From: Tubulanus polymorphus
Taxonomy: Eukaryota; Animalia; Nemertea
Assembly (NCBI RefSeq): GCF_964204645.1
Contig: NC_134031.1
Location: forward strand, 3,410,001-3,474,000
DNA: 64,000 nucleotides
Reading direction: 5' to 3'
In this document: positions 39,020 to 53,700 of the stretch, one piece after another
Layout: every line of letters begins with the position of its first letter
How positions within the stretch are numbered: the stretch's first letter is position 1
Program-made: the position numbers and the translations under genes
Notes under the pieces: generated by a model
Told to the model about the DNA's origin: nothing
The model's input: the letters and a program-made list of their open reading frames with translations, nothing else
Database searches by the model: none

Positions 39020-40330
39020 CCATCTTGCACGGATAGTGTTTACCTTCTCGACTCAACTAGGCAAAGTTTTCAGCTTCATTTTCAACTAATCAATTTTGAA
39101 CATTTTTATCTGGAGCCCTCATGGATCCTTTATGTACTATATACGAATGACCTCTATTGAACAACATTTCCGCGGAAGATGAAAGTTACCACAGCCCCCT
39201 CCCCCTGACTTATAGACAATGGATTTCTAATTACAATGGTCGATTGTGATGCTTGATAGGAAAGGATTCGTGTTAAAAGAAGGCCATAAAATTCACACAG
39301 ATCAACTTCCCCTAGTACCTGAAAAAGGAGACTGAATCTACAGGATATCTGATTTATGTAAGGCCCCTCGCATCGCGTTCGGAATTTCTGTTTAGTTTAA
39401 TAAGAGTTCAGTCTCAAATGATCATTGACAGGTCGAAAGACAATGGATCATGTATCAGTAGTCGACTAGACAGAACTTGAGTATACAATATACCGGAATA
39501 CAATTAACACAATTTGTACAAGTTTCATTTGAAAAACGAATAAACAAAACAGAGGAATAGACAAAAACATTACCGAAAATGAACATCACAGAATCAGTTA
39601 ATTTCATTCTATTTACAAATGTATCTCGGTTTGATTTTTCATTCAATTTCCTTTCAATTAATATCATCCGTTCTTCCTATTACAAAACTGTGTAAACGAA
39701 TCGATAATCAATATCAAAGAATTCTACCACGACACAACCGTAAAACATATGTAGCGAGGTCTTAAAACGAAAAAAGATCATTTAGTACATAAACGAAACC
39801 TTGAACGGGAAATCTTTTACTATCGCACCGCATCATTAGTTTCGCGCACACGTCATGCTCATACGCGGCTACGCACATAATACTCACTTCGTTATAGATA
39901 ATTACAGAGAAACCCGCATTAATGATATTCGATATTTGATAGATAATAGATAAATAGCGTCAGAAGCTGAGATTGATATTCGCTGATACATATACATAGC
40001 GACGAACACGCGTTCGTGATAAAAGCTGGAAAGTGAATCTCACAAACGGAGAATGCGTGCATTGTCGTGTCAGAGACATCAAATCTATTGCTAGGCGACC
40101 GCGAGGAAGTATTCAATAGTTTACGCATTCATTTCGTCATCACGGCGTCAAACGCGAAACACTAGACCGAGCGAGTAATTCAGTTCGTTGATAGGAGACA
40201 CAGTCTGGAGAGGAGGGCATCGAAAGGTAAGCTTCATGAGATGGAAATATATTCTTTGCTATAATTAAATTGATGAAATAGCGTGAATCAGTCTAAAGTC
40301 TTAACATTAATTTTGGGAGTTATTTATAAG

Positions 40331-40483
40331 AGTAATAGGGAATGAGTTGTTTCAGATCAAAGGTCGAGAGGTCGAGTTCATAAAAAATGAAAAATAAATT
40401 CTCGCACACTTGAATTTATTTTTCATTTTTTATGAACTCGACCCTCTTAACCTTTAACCTGAAACAACTCATTCCCTATTACT
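40331..40483. mobile_element. Hairpin MITE in the apparent 5'UTR intron of the Rieske gene
   Basis: About 70-bp arms agtaatagggaatgagttgtttcag / ctgaaacaactcattccctattact with a very short loop. Confidence 0.7.
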
Positions 40484-41052
40484 TATAAGTTAAAACACGG
40501 CCTTCAAATAGTTTTAGAGTCCTAAAACAATTTCTACCGTCGAACGCACACATTTGTGTTCGTCAGCCGCGAACGCCGTTTAATGTAAAAATGGTCAAAT
40601 GAATAAGTTGTCGAATGTCGAATAATGAAATTAGTTTTCGACTTTCACTCAATTCATCGCTATTCTCGGTATTTCTATGTGAATTGTCATTAGTGAAATA
40701 ATTGGAAGTTGTAGTTATCAATAGTCTTCGCCGTCAATGAGACCTACACGTGACAAATTAGTCTTGCTCTGCGCGGAGATGATATTTGGCATCATTGATA
40801 ATGATGTACATTTACCGTAAGACAATAACGATATATCACCGCGTAATGCCAGTCAACTCTTATTATCAATGGTTGCACTCTAAAACAAAACTGACTGAAA
40901 TGTAAAAGTTGTCACCCTTCAAATCAGTAATTTTTCTCTGACTTTTTACTTGAATCAAAAATTTGTGGCGTCCCGGGACAAAAGATGGAGAGTTACAATT
41001 TTGGAATTTTCTGTCAAGTACTATTGTATTCCAGAAGAATCTACACTAAGAG

Positions 41053-41709
41053 ATGGCAAAGGCCGGGGAAAATATTTGGAGAGATGTCGGTAAAGTGATA
41101 GACTTCACGGAAGAAAGATGTTATCATTTATATGCCGAAATAGGCGTGGAACACGATGTGGTATTGTTTCATTATAACGGGCTGTTCCATGCCATGCAGA
41201 ATTCATGCCAACATATGGGTGAGGTTCAATTCCCATTGCGTTTAAAAAAAGTGTACGAATTTTGTTCTTCATCATCCATTTATTCCCGCATTTATTCTAT
41301 CGCCAGGCGGTCCTTTGAGCCAAGCCACCGATATAGAGGAAATTGACGGCCAACCAACCATATCTTGTCCATGGCACGGATATAAATACAACATCAAAAC
41401 TGGGATTAGTTTAGTGTGCGACGAACTTAGGGTACGTACCTTAGGAAACTAAGAAGCGTTGAGACTTTGTGATGGTGCGATGTGATATATCTTATGTCGG
41501 GATTTTCAAATCTGGTCGGATTGTGAATTAATCGTGAAATTTTTGTCAGTGCGATTTTTTTGTGGATGAATAAAAATCTATACTTTCTATTTTCGTTTCT
41601 TATTTTACAGCAAGAAACATTTGAGGTTTTGGTCGATCGGGGTAGACTACATATCAAACACAAATATCGTCTGAGTAGGAAGCCATGGCCACCGCTCGTG
41701 ATTAAGTGA
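41053..41709 (+). CDS. RFESD: Small soluble Rieske [2Fe-2S] domain protein (RFESD-like), 129 aa, 3 exons
   Basis: Exons 41053-41218, 41307-41431, 41611-41709; CQHMGGPL and CPWHGYKYNIKTG Rieske ligand motifs. The gene symbol is tentative. Confidence 0.85.
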
Positions 41710-42997
41710 ACAACATTTCTGAAGCAGACAATCTTCTAACATGGACGTCCATGGTTCTAATAAGTCATTATATGATAATCTAATGGTATTCAATGTTTGT
41801 ATTGAATGAGCAGGGAATTAGCCACGTTGAGGCGTTGTATTTTTTATTCTATAAATGGTCAAGACAATCTGGTCGAGCTACGTTTGGAAATATCTATTTT
41901 TTGGAAAATTTTCGATCAACCAACAGTTGTTATCATTCGAATTTTGAAAAATACATCAACTAAAGTTCTGTTAATTTTCTCTATGGCATATTATAGTTTA
42001 GTTCCATAAGTGTCGTTAAACGTTAGAGTCAAAGAATGAAGTTGTTTTTCTATTGAATTTGAGGCATTTATACTAGATTTCACTGGTTGTAGTTAACGAG
42101 TGTTGAATGGTTCGTACGCGAAATAAAAGTGATTTTTTTTCTATTGAACTGTCGACTCTGGATTTTCCTCGTATGGTGAAGGTGTCACAATCTTTGTTGG
42201 TTAGTATTAGTGGAATCATCAAATTTTGTGGAATATAAAGGTGATACACGTATTCAGAATGCGCTGAGTACCCCTGGTACTTGAGTTCCCATTCCGGTTA
42301 TGCGATTTAAGATACTATTTTCGTGACTGGAGGCCAGAATTTCATCAAAACCACCGAGAAATTGCCATACGCCATGCATTGATTAATTACTTTATTGTCA
42401 GAGAAAACTTGGAGAAAAAACGATCAAGATGGTTTTTCTCATGTCAAATTGTATTTTCATAGAAAGCTACTCGCAAAAAATCCGAAAAAAAATATTTCTT
42501 TCAAGATAGAACCTTCACGGTAGTTAGCGTTACAGAACATGGCATTTTCTATTCTAGGAAATAAACTTTCATTTCACTGAAGTCGAAGGACACGTCATGA
42601 TATAGTTTGTTCCGTCGCGTATTCCCAACTGCGTCTAATCTAAGGGCACTTATTCGATACTGGGTTCGAGTCCTGTAATAATCACTGTGAATCAACCCAA
42701 GAAAGTAGTAAACTATAGATATTTATAAAGTAAAAATCTCCTGATCTGCTTTTGATGACAAATTTGTTTATTTTCTCTTTATTAGATGAAGAAAAACTTA
42801 AATCACCTGAAAAAACTAAAACGTGCAGTCCTATGACCGTCGCCTGCCATTTCTGATTTATCATCGGCTGACTCTGCCGTTTCTGACCTAACCTCTATTG
42901 ATAATAATTACTTCCGCGTTGTAGATTATGAGAGTTTCAACTAATTTCACGCTTCAAACACGCTTTTTTTCCTAATCGAGTTAATTCCACTGGAAGA

Positions 42998-44703
42998 ATG
43001 ACAGCTTTGGATTACATTCCTGATTTAGACAACAAATTCCTGGCAGATAACCTGCTTACGAGTGACGATTGGGGTGAGTTAACCAGTGAAAAACAAGATT
43101 ATTTCGCAGAAAGAAAGAACAATTCAAATTGATTTTATTCCACTTTTTATTGATTTCATCATTGCATTAAAAGAGGTGCTACTTGTCACTCCTCTTTGTT
43201 AATTCTTTATTTTGTTAGTCTTTTGAATGGTGTTTGCTTACTCTACTCACACTCACAGAGACAGGCTCCGACCTGTCTCTGTGAACGAAGTTGAGAAGGC
43301 CTGGTGGTTGGGATATTATAACCCTTTGGCTTACTATGGTTAAATATGAAAGGTGTCTCGCTAAGAGAGTCTTACTCGCTTTGGTAACTGTCTTATTCGA
43401 TTAGAAATACCATAGGTATTATCAAGGGTCTCGGACCCCTTCGCTCATTCATGATTATAGATTATTTTTGTTTAGGGAGAAATTGAAGTTTTTACCCTCT
43501 TTTTTGATAACTCGGATTAGTTTAGACAGTTTTTCTGATTTTCCAACGATTATTCCTTCAAGCTTTATGAAATATCCTATCAGACAGGAATGAAAAATAA
43601 GCTAATCCTGTACCCTAACCTCGTATGGTCATAAACGTATTTAAGAGTCTTACAGCAATATTCAAGTGTGAATGTCAGGTAGGCCAAACTTTGAATCCCT
43701 GATTTAAAGTGATTGGTGACTAAATCCCTTGATCTCAAAGCATAAAATCAAGTTTATCTTGATGCAGAAGTTTATTGTTAATCAATGCAGTTGACAAAGG
43801 TGAATACAAGTACAAACTGTACCCAGATGGTCCCCCAGATAGCGCCAGGTGGTAATCAACATTTATTAGAATGACCTCTATTCCAAAGCCATAATAACTC
43901 ATTGATTAGGGTTGAATATCATCACAGTTGCTGTGAAAGTTTTAAAAAAAACTGTTTCAATATTTTGGTGAATCTATTTGATTTTCTTTGGATAGAAAAT
44001 CTTGTGAACCCAAATGAAATTTTTTTTTGATAGGCCTAGTTTGTTTTTTTATACTTAGTCGCAGTTGAGGCCTCTTTATACTCTTTTCCTAAGGAACGCC
44101 GCCAGTCTGTTGATTTTGTTAGATTAATTGCATTGGTTACAGTTAATTTTCTCATGAAAAGAAGTTAAATTCAGATGAAGGAATCTAATTAACTAAACAT
44201 CCTGTTTGTGACCCGATTGGGTTCACTAATTGTTCAATAGGGGCTTATCACTTAAAAAGTTAGATTCCAAGAGACCATATTTTCAAGCATACAACCATTT
44301 TCTCATGGTTTCCAAATTTATCTCAATTTTTTGGCGCAAATATTATTACATCTATATATCACCAGCTATGTTTACTTATTTTCGCTTATTAATCAGTTTA
44401 CAAATTTTCATTTCAATTTTACTTTTGATGGAATTTGTATGATATGTATAATATTTATGCTGGTACATCAATATTAGCAGCAGCTATCGGGATACACGAT
44501 CGTTTACTAGACGCGGCGCCTCGAGGATATTCTCTGATCGAAAAATTCCTGACACGTGGAACTCACCGATTAAATCCAGAGATGGATTTTCATCGATCGT
44601 TGGATCCAAGTTTTTTTTTTGTACATAAATGTGATTGTCCCTTCAGGCGCCAATTTATGTCAACTAATGTAAAGTATATCGTATAGTTTGAATTTCCATT
44701 GCG

Positions 44704-44747
<44 letters not shown>

Positions 44748-47700
44748 CATGTTTTAGTGCCCTGTCCAGATTAATGAAACTGCTCCAGAGCACTTACAAA
44801 TAAAGAAATACGACGTACAATAAAATATGGTGATAAAAACATTAGATTTAACGGTAGATTTAGGTGATTTAAGATAAGTTTGGAAATTTTCACTATCCTA
44901 ATGTTCAAATGCCTCAATTGTGCTTTATTTCTAATTCTTTTTTAGTGTACATCAAGTGATGAAAATTTATTTTCAAGAATTCGGTTCTTTTCAATTCATT
45001 TCTAGGTACGTTGACTATTTGAGAATACTAAAAATGTTCAGATTTGGTTTCAAAATTAGATAAGCTAAGTGCGTAGTAGATGTAGTAAAATGATCGAGAT
45101 AGCCGGCTATGTCACTATGGATATATGATACTCAAATGCAGCTGGAATTCGTGCTGAAAAACCTCACATAATCGTAGTTACAACACTGCAGGTGTTTTAT
45201 TAGTGAAACTAGACTAAACTGACTTATATCTGTAACATTGGTATGTGAAATGCACTGTTACCTAAGTACGGTATTTGAAGCAAATTCACGATCCGTCCAA
45301 CTATATTCAAGACAAAAGAATTAATTCATTAAACATAGTTTCGGTCAAATGATTTATCTATTGAACCTTAAACATTTCAAAAGACATGTAAAACTAAAGA
45401 ACTATATCATCTATTCTGCATCTATTCCAATTGAGCATTTTATGATTGAAGATAGTGAAATTGAATATTTCTGTTTCAAAGAGTGTTAGGCCTACAATGA
45501 ATTGAATATTTTAAAAACTTGTGTCGATAAATCTTTCTAAATACAAATAAGTACAAACTCCATAGAACATTTCACTGGTAATTCAAAACTTTGTTTGAAG
45601 ATATTTGCAAGAACAGGATCCAGTTCCACTGTGAATTCGAGTTTACTCTCAGTGACAATGAGTTTATTTCCGATGAGTTAACTCTTGAATTCACCCGGGA
45701 ATGGCACCTTTCTGATTAATCTAACCATTTCGCTACTGTGCCTTAACTCGACATGTATAAAAATGTTATTGTTATCATATATTTTTAATGGTTGGATACT
45801 ATCCTATCTTTCGGCGATCGATGTAATATTTCAGTGATGCTATATATGCTTTGTCACATGATGAGGCTTTTGCGGTATACATGCAGCCTGCAGGGTAGTG
45901 TCAACGATATATTCACGATGAAAGGCATGCTTCCAAGGGCGTGGTGCGCGCATGCAATCGGCTTAACTGCTCGGCGCCTTTGATGTGAGTTTTTTGCCGA
46001 TTCGGCTTGATTCATCTCGACGGCAATATTTAATACGCACGCGAATGCCTCCCTCCTACGGACAGTAAATACGCCTAAAGTAGATTCCGACTAATTCGGT
46101 ATCAGTCAATCGGAGGAATTTCACTGAAAAATTTATGCCGAAAACCTTCTTTTTTTCGATTTCAACTCGGGGAAAAATATCTATGTCCAAATGAGTTCGA
46201 GTAAGGCATAGTTTACGTGCATGTAATAATTTTATACTAAAATGTAAAATTAACGATAAAGGGCATATAGTATATTTAAGACCTACTTCTCTTTGTTTAA
46301 AAAAAAACAGCGAAAGATAAAATAGAATGTCGAGAAATGTTCGATTGTCGATGATCAGGACGACGAGTGAACTGCCTTCGGGATTTGAATATCGACGGGT
46401 AAACAACAACCGTATTACGGTTTGTTCATAAATAGAAACTGCGTCTCGCGGATTGAAACGCTGAAGGGCTTCGTTTCGTTATTATTTTCTGACATGCGTA
46501 CATACAACGGATTTTGTCGTTGTCAAGTCGTCGTTCAGCGTCAATTTATTGTCGCGAACATTTTTTCGCGTTGTATCGTCTCGACACGTTGACGGCGCCG
46601 GCGTCTGCTTACCCTATAGAAATCCTGGGGTCACTTATATTTCGTTCAGGTATGTTAAACGCTATTTGTAGGATACAAACGACGTACGGATTCATTTTTC
46701 ACAGTATTAGTCGTATTTCACTTGTGTTGCCGCGTGATTGGTTGTTTTCGTCAGATTCGCCCGAGATTAAGTTTTCGGCGTGTTTTCATTATTGTGATTA
46801 TCAATTCTATTTTTTCGTAGTCGTCGGCATTTTATTTATTTAGAAATTTGTCGTCGTAACTGAGTTTAGTTTTTTCTGCGTATTTCCTATTATCAAATTT
46901 GCAGTCGTTTTGAAAATAACCCGTAATGATTCCCCGCAGTTTGGCATCTGAAGTCTTTTTACCAACAACCATGTCATGACCATTCGGACCATTACCTGTA
47001 AGGTGTCATAGCTATATCCTCCCCACCAGGGATTCGAACCCGATGGCATCGAGACTCGCCACGATAGAACGAAACCCTGCCGCACTAGCCCGAGCTTAGA
47101 TGATGTCATTATTAGCCAATCAGATATCCCGTTTGATTTTAGCCCAGGATTTTCCAAATATAGCTTATCTGTGAAATTTGTCTCAGCGATTGTTGAATGA
47201 ACAATCTGATTGGTGCTGCAACTTTTTGCGCGGTAAACCTGCGCACTCTGGCGAGTGTAACTGAGAGTGCTTTGGTTTATTTTGTATTTCGGTTAACCAT
47301 GAAATAATTCGGCCTGTTCTGGTAAGGTAAATTGTAGTCAAGCTTTTGATTTAGTCAATAGTTTAGTAAAGTATATTAGACGCAGAGCGAGGATTTACGA
47401 CATTATGAATCATATACATTTGTACTGATGTGATTATAGTTAAAAAATATAGCAATAGATAATTCTTGAATAAATTTTTAACACCGTGGTGTTTTAGTGA
47501 GTTGTTGGATGATTTCGTGGTGTTTGAGTGAGTTGTTGGATGATTTCAGGCCCTTTATAGGAAGTACATGGTCGGATTAAACCGTCTTGATGTAAGAACT
47601 TCCTGTACACACTGATCACTTGGGAATTCTTGAGGCCAATATCTCTTCAATTCAGCTATGAAATCAGTTGATTGTTCTCTACGAGATGATGAAGTATTCT

Positions 47701-50700
47701 GTGTAAAAACGACTTCATGTTTGCGAGTCGTCTTGTACAGCTGTTTCCAACGCTCGTGACGTCCGTCTGCCGGTAACAAAAACAATTCACTTTTTTCTAA
47801 AGCCGTGTATTTTCATTGTCCTATTCATAATCAGTCCTGAGAGAGCGAAGTAATATCAGTGAAGATATCGCCGGTGCATTGATTGGATCGTAGTTCGTCT
47901 GCTATAGCGACCATCAATGATTTATCTATTGGTTTATTGTATTAAATCGTATCACTATGTTGGCGAAGAATTTATCATTTTTTTTAATCGAAAAATAACA
48001 TATTGATTGCATGAAATCGATACATTGCCAAGTCGATATACGGGCACATGCTGGTGCGTTACACGGGTCTCTGTCAGGATACTAGACGAGATATGGATGA
48101 ATATTGCTATTACAATGTTTTTGACGAATTGTTTGGTGCGAATCTAACGAGTATGTTTGTTTATTCATCGGTTGCTTTTGGTATTTGATCAGAACTTTAT
48201 TTGATTTGATTTGGAGTCCGTTACAAACCCACCCGTCCTGCCGGGAGTGTCTGTAGTTTTTCTATCATAATCTGTAGTTCATCATATCCAGCATAGAATA
48301 TAGTGATGAAATCTTTCGAGGGACCAGAAAATGTGTTCGTTATTGTTATTGATTATAGTGGAACCTCATTAAAACGAACCCTAAGGACTCACTGTAGGCA
48401 ATTGTTATTTCATCGAATGGGAATGAAAAACCTTTCTGAACTAAATGTTTTTTTTTTCATTTCAGAGGACCATCTGTCCCGTCTCGATGATATCCCGGAT
48501 ATTTTGGATTTCGACCCGTCGTTCTGCTCCGATGATTTGTTACAACAGTTACAAGGAGATTTGGAGGTAATGGCTTTCTGAAGTCACTTATTACCGATCT
48601 TGATATACAACATGTTAACATACTTTCTGGTTTTTTTTATATGCAAGATGTACATACCTTATGTTTTATTGATATACAAAATGTACATGCTTTCTGTTTT
48701 CTTGATATACAAAATGTACATACTTTCTGTTTTCTCGATATACAAAATGTACATACTTTCTGTTTTCTTGATATACAAGATGTACACACTTTCTGTTTTC
48801 TTGATATACAAGATGTACATACTTTCTGTTTTCTACAACGGTTTGGTTTGTTCGAATTTCTAGGGTCAAATCCCGATGTTGTACGAAGATGGATTTCCGG
48901 GTTTTTACGATTCACAAATGAATCAGTGCGACAGCGAGGACAGCGGTATTTCTGTGAAACAGGAGCCGCTGTCCCCGGCGCCGTCATTCAGCTCCGACTC
49001 CGACTCCAGTCAGGTATGTATATAGTCCGTCCGCTTAATTCAGATTGGTCAATGATGCTTATCAAGTGGAGAATTGCTGATTCGATCGAGGATAATTCCA
49101 TTAAGAACCTCGGGCCGATATAAACTTAAAACAGGGATTAACACGATTCATTTTCAGTTGAGCTAGCCTACAGGTTAAGATTAACACCAGTCTATAAAAC
49201 TGGGCCCCAGATTACTCATTAGAAATTTCTTATAAAGTTCACTCTAAATAATCTTTGGTCATCCATATCAAATATCTAGGCCTTTACTCTTTCAAATCTG
49301 TAACTGATGAATTTCTTAACTGATGGAAGCTTTCTCCAACTTTTTCTGTTTAAAATCTGTTAATTGTGTTTTTCCATCAAAACCTTTAATTTGAAATTAA
49401 TTTTCAGGTATACAGCATGATGGACTACCAAGTGACACCCCCGGGCATTCCTGAACTGAAATTAGACAGTCCACCGCTTACGCCTCCGCACACGACCGTC
49501 TATTCTCACATACCGCAGCAAAACAATATGGCTCCCATGGCAGTCTCCGGCATCGCGACATCTACGATTCCGTCTGTCGGAAATACCACGCAAATACGAG
49601 TCGTAAATAATCTAACGTCGCCTCAACGTAAATCCAGCCCGACGGTGACGCGTTCGATCGTGTGCCCTCGCGCGACGTCGGTCTCGGCGACCGCCGGGGC
49701 GCCGTCTAGCGTACACGTGCTACCCGTAAAACAGAATAACAACGGCGGCGGTAATCTGATGCGCGAGGTCACCATTAAAGTAGAGAACGGCACGACGAAA
49801 ATAGTGTCGGATAAAAATCTCAATCAGATATTGAACAATAAAGTGAAAATCATTCCAAAACCGTCGTCGGTCAGTAACGCTTCAGCCGGTGAGTAATTAC
49901 CGAGTAGAACCTTTTTAATTGCTTGTAGAGTCAAATTTAAACTGGGTCCTGAAGAAAAGTTGAACTTTCATCTCTTTAATGCTCTCTTACAGGTTGAATG
50001 ATTGAACGGAAACCGTTCTATTAGAATAGCCATATTCAAATGCGCTGAATAGTTATAAGTGAAAGCAATCGAAACCCACCACATATACAAATTTGAGGTT
50101 GAAAATGAAATTTGTCGTTGTTGAAAAGGATATTTTTAGAAATAATCTAACAATGGTCTCTGGCGACAGATCTTAACTTTCAGCGATAATACATTTCAGT
50201 TTTTAATCTTGGATCTATATGTAGAAGCCTTTCTGTTTTATAACTTAGTTTAACTGCAGAACTATGAAGCGTCGCTATGTTGCTAGAATATGTGAACAGT
50301 TTCGCTCACGTGTGAAATATAGTGTTGTGTAGATTGATACAAACTACGAAAATCTACGGTAGTTTATGACAAAACAGAACCCAGCACCATACGTAGTTCT
50401 TAGTTAACTGAGACTACTGAGTATGATTAGTCCAACTGTGTAACTGAGTCCAGAATTTTAGTTTAAAAAATGTATTGGAAAAATGTTTTATCTTCTGCTA
50501 GCTACGAATTCGGGGAAGCCGTTGGTGCTGACTGCTGAGGAGTTCGCTAAACTCACTACTCAGGGCGTTCTGAAACTCACCCCAACCACTACTACGACTT
50601 CTACTAGCAACGAAGATATAAAACCAGTCATTCCGAAACCAACCGTCGTGCCATCACCAGCTTCGCGAATTATTAATCCTACCCATCCCTCTATAGATTA

Positions 50701-53700
50701 TGAGGTTCGTACGTTTGAACTGAAAATGTATGACCTTTTGTCTTTACATTTTCTAGATATTTGACTATTGTTCAAAATATTTCATGTTTTAAAACATTTT
50801 TTCTAGGTTCTTCACATTGGATATAATATCTGATGTTCTTATGTGCACTTTTCAAAATTTTCTATCCCTAAAACATTAAACAGTACTCTCCAATTCCTAA
50901 TGTTTGAATTCGAGTTGCTTTTCCTCATTGTCATTTTCACATCATTTGCGCATCTATGAAAAATGTTGCTGATTTTTCTTGCCGTTTTTCTATTTCGATA
51001 GTCGAAAGCCATAAAACGACAACAAAGGATGATTAAGAATCGCGAGTCAGCTTGTCTGTCGAGAAAACGTAAAAAAGAGGTAACTCAGTGGATAATTCCC
51101 CAAATTCATGATATCACCGATTTCAGTCTTCAAATTTTGATGAAATTCCAGATCTGCCAATTATTTATGATTTTCAGTATTTTGTCACCATTTGAGCCCG
51201 AGAGATACTGATTTTATTGGTTTATTGCATACATAAAAATGTTACTGAGGGTCTTATTGTTGATTACCGATTAATTTGAACATTTCATATTTCAAATGTT
51301 CCTGAAAGCGTTACTGATAGCACTGTTCAGAGTTTGGCAGCCCTGAGGGTGTTGGTAGTGTTGAGTTTCATGAAATTCTAATTTTTCGTATGGTGTTTAT
51401 TTGAAGTATGTGACGGCTGTAGAAGAACGTTTGAAACAGTTTAACTCAGAAAACGATCGACTAAAACAAGAAAATGAAACGTTAAAACGAAAAATTGACG
51501 CCCTCCTATCAGAGGTATGTATAGAATAGGGCTCTCAGATCGATGTGAAAAATCTTGAAAATGTTTGGAAAAATTCAAGAAAAGTGTCGGTCAAAGTATC
51601 TCAGTATAATTTGTGGAAAATCTTGGAAAATTACTAAAAAAAATGTGAAAAATTCTGGTATTTCCTTGTGAGAAAAGCTAATTATAAGGATGTAAAATAA
51701 TGTGAGAATTCCTGAACTCATTGATCTAATCCGTGCAATGTATAATTGTCTAGTAATAGCATATCTTGTTTCCATCCTCTCTTCGGCCATTTGCAAAATA
51801 TGTGCACTACATTCGATTGTTATAAGCATTATGTAGATAGGTCTGTTTAACTGTGAAAATGTTTTTCAGAACGAGCGTTTGAAAGCTACGTATCCATCCA
51901 GTAAGAAAGCGGCGTGTTTGTTGGCTTGTCTACTGTTCCTCACATTAAATCTGGGCTCATTAAGGTAAGATACAGTCAACATAGAATACGTATGTAATAC
52001 GATGATTATTGACCAGTTCATACATCCCACAATTTTCACTGTCTGCTTTAAGTTTTCACATCGTTTAGCTTCCAACTAGAATTGGAGTTAAGATGTACTA
52101 AAGAACACACTTAGCGTTGTACTAGTCCATCACCCATTTATACACTGCACTGTGGTGTAGACTCACTGACAGGGTTGAACAAGTGTTGACTGTCAAAAAC
52201 ATTTCTGCGCCATTCTCTCAGTAATTAGAGTACGTTTCTTTTTCGTTGTAGTTTAAAAAGTATTTTCCCGACAAGCAACGAACAATTGAACACAGGCCTC
52301 ACAGCCAGAAACATCCACCACGGACGCACGTTAATGTCCGTAATCGAGGACGGTAGTACGGGCAGCCAAACGGATGGCAGACGTAATCTGACGAACTTCG
52401 AAAAGACGATGCGCGACATACGCGATTCGGTCCTGCGCGAGAATAACACGCGCGAAGATGTTCAACTGTTAAAACGACTAGAAACGCTGGGGTCGTTGTC
52501 GATGTGTTCAACGGAATTTAACCGCACTGAATCGGACAGGTAAGTTCACACTGCTACTGTGGCAAGTGAGGATTCCATGAGGATCTGTCAGGTTTTCTAG
52601 TGGTTACTCAGTTACAGCGCTTTAATTTCTACATTTCGGTTAAATTTGAAACAATTTTTCTCCTCATTAGTCAATTAATTTGGAAGCCTAAAAATCGGAT
52701 TTAGAAGCTAAAAAATCCAGCTCAAATTTCATTGAAAGTGAACTAATTTTAGTACAAATAACTCCAAGTGTCCATTGTTCATTGTTCAAGTCCATTGTTG
52801 CACCATATTCCTCATTGAATTCTTTGAAAAAGAAGTTAAAATTGGACCTTGATTTTAAAGGACCGGATGAAATGGATTTTCTCGTGAACTGACTCGCAAG
52901 ATGTCTTTATTTACGGGTATCATACGGGGTTTGTTGTAGATTGACCAATGAGTTAACCGGTTGGGTGCTAGGACACAAGAACGCCGCGATGAAACTGAAA
53001 ATGACCGAAGCCGAACAACTGAGGTCTCAGTTCCTGAATAAGTTCACGAAAAAGCGGCGCCCAAAGAAAAAACACACCGGCAAACTAGTTTGGAATAAAG
53101 CACGACCGAGCTCAAGGTAAATCAGGGAAAAATCATATGATACATTCTGATTTCAGAAAGAAAAGAAATTTAAGGAAATCATTCTACTTATTTTGTGAAA
53201 TTGTCTATTTTCAGCGGGCAAAACTTTGAAGTGCAACTGTTCAATCACCAGGAACGAGTTTATTACGATTTTATGGACATTATTCAAAGGCGTAACGACA
53301 CGTTTTACGTGGTCTCTTTCAGAAAGGTTAGATAGATTTCATTAAGATCATTTCAAAAATTGTATTTATTTAGAAAATTAACCGCATGAATTTTATTTTT
53401 GCAGGACCATTTACTACTACCAGCACTAGCGCATAATAAGACTATGCGTCCTCGTATGTCATTGTTAATGCCAGCTGTTACATATAATGGTAAGGGCATG
53501 TTGGTTGTCACCAATTGATTTGAATGCTAGGATTTTTCTGTCGGACTTCATGAATCTCGTAGAACTATGTGTTCTACTTGGTAACATGTGTTCTAACTGA
53601 TATTATGGGATTAAAAGAGACAATTGTTCTTTTGATTTAATCTGAACCAGACTTCTTCAATATACCCATCGATTGTGTTTATCGATCAGGGTGGCCTGAC

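Noticed and set aside
44946-45005. AG...GT-bounded segment in ATF6 intron 1 as a coding exon
   Set aside because: In-frame stop in the required phase; no supporting homology.
48600-49123. Repetitive Cys/His-rich ORFs (e.g. [22 protein letters not shown])
   Set aside because: Translations of a 33-bp intronic minisatellite overlapping a true ATF6 exon.
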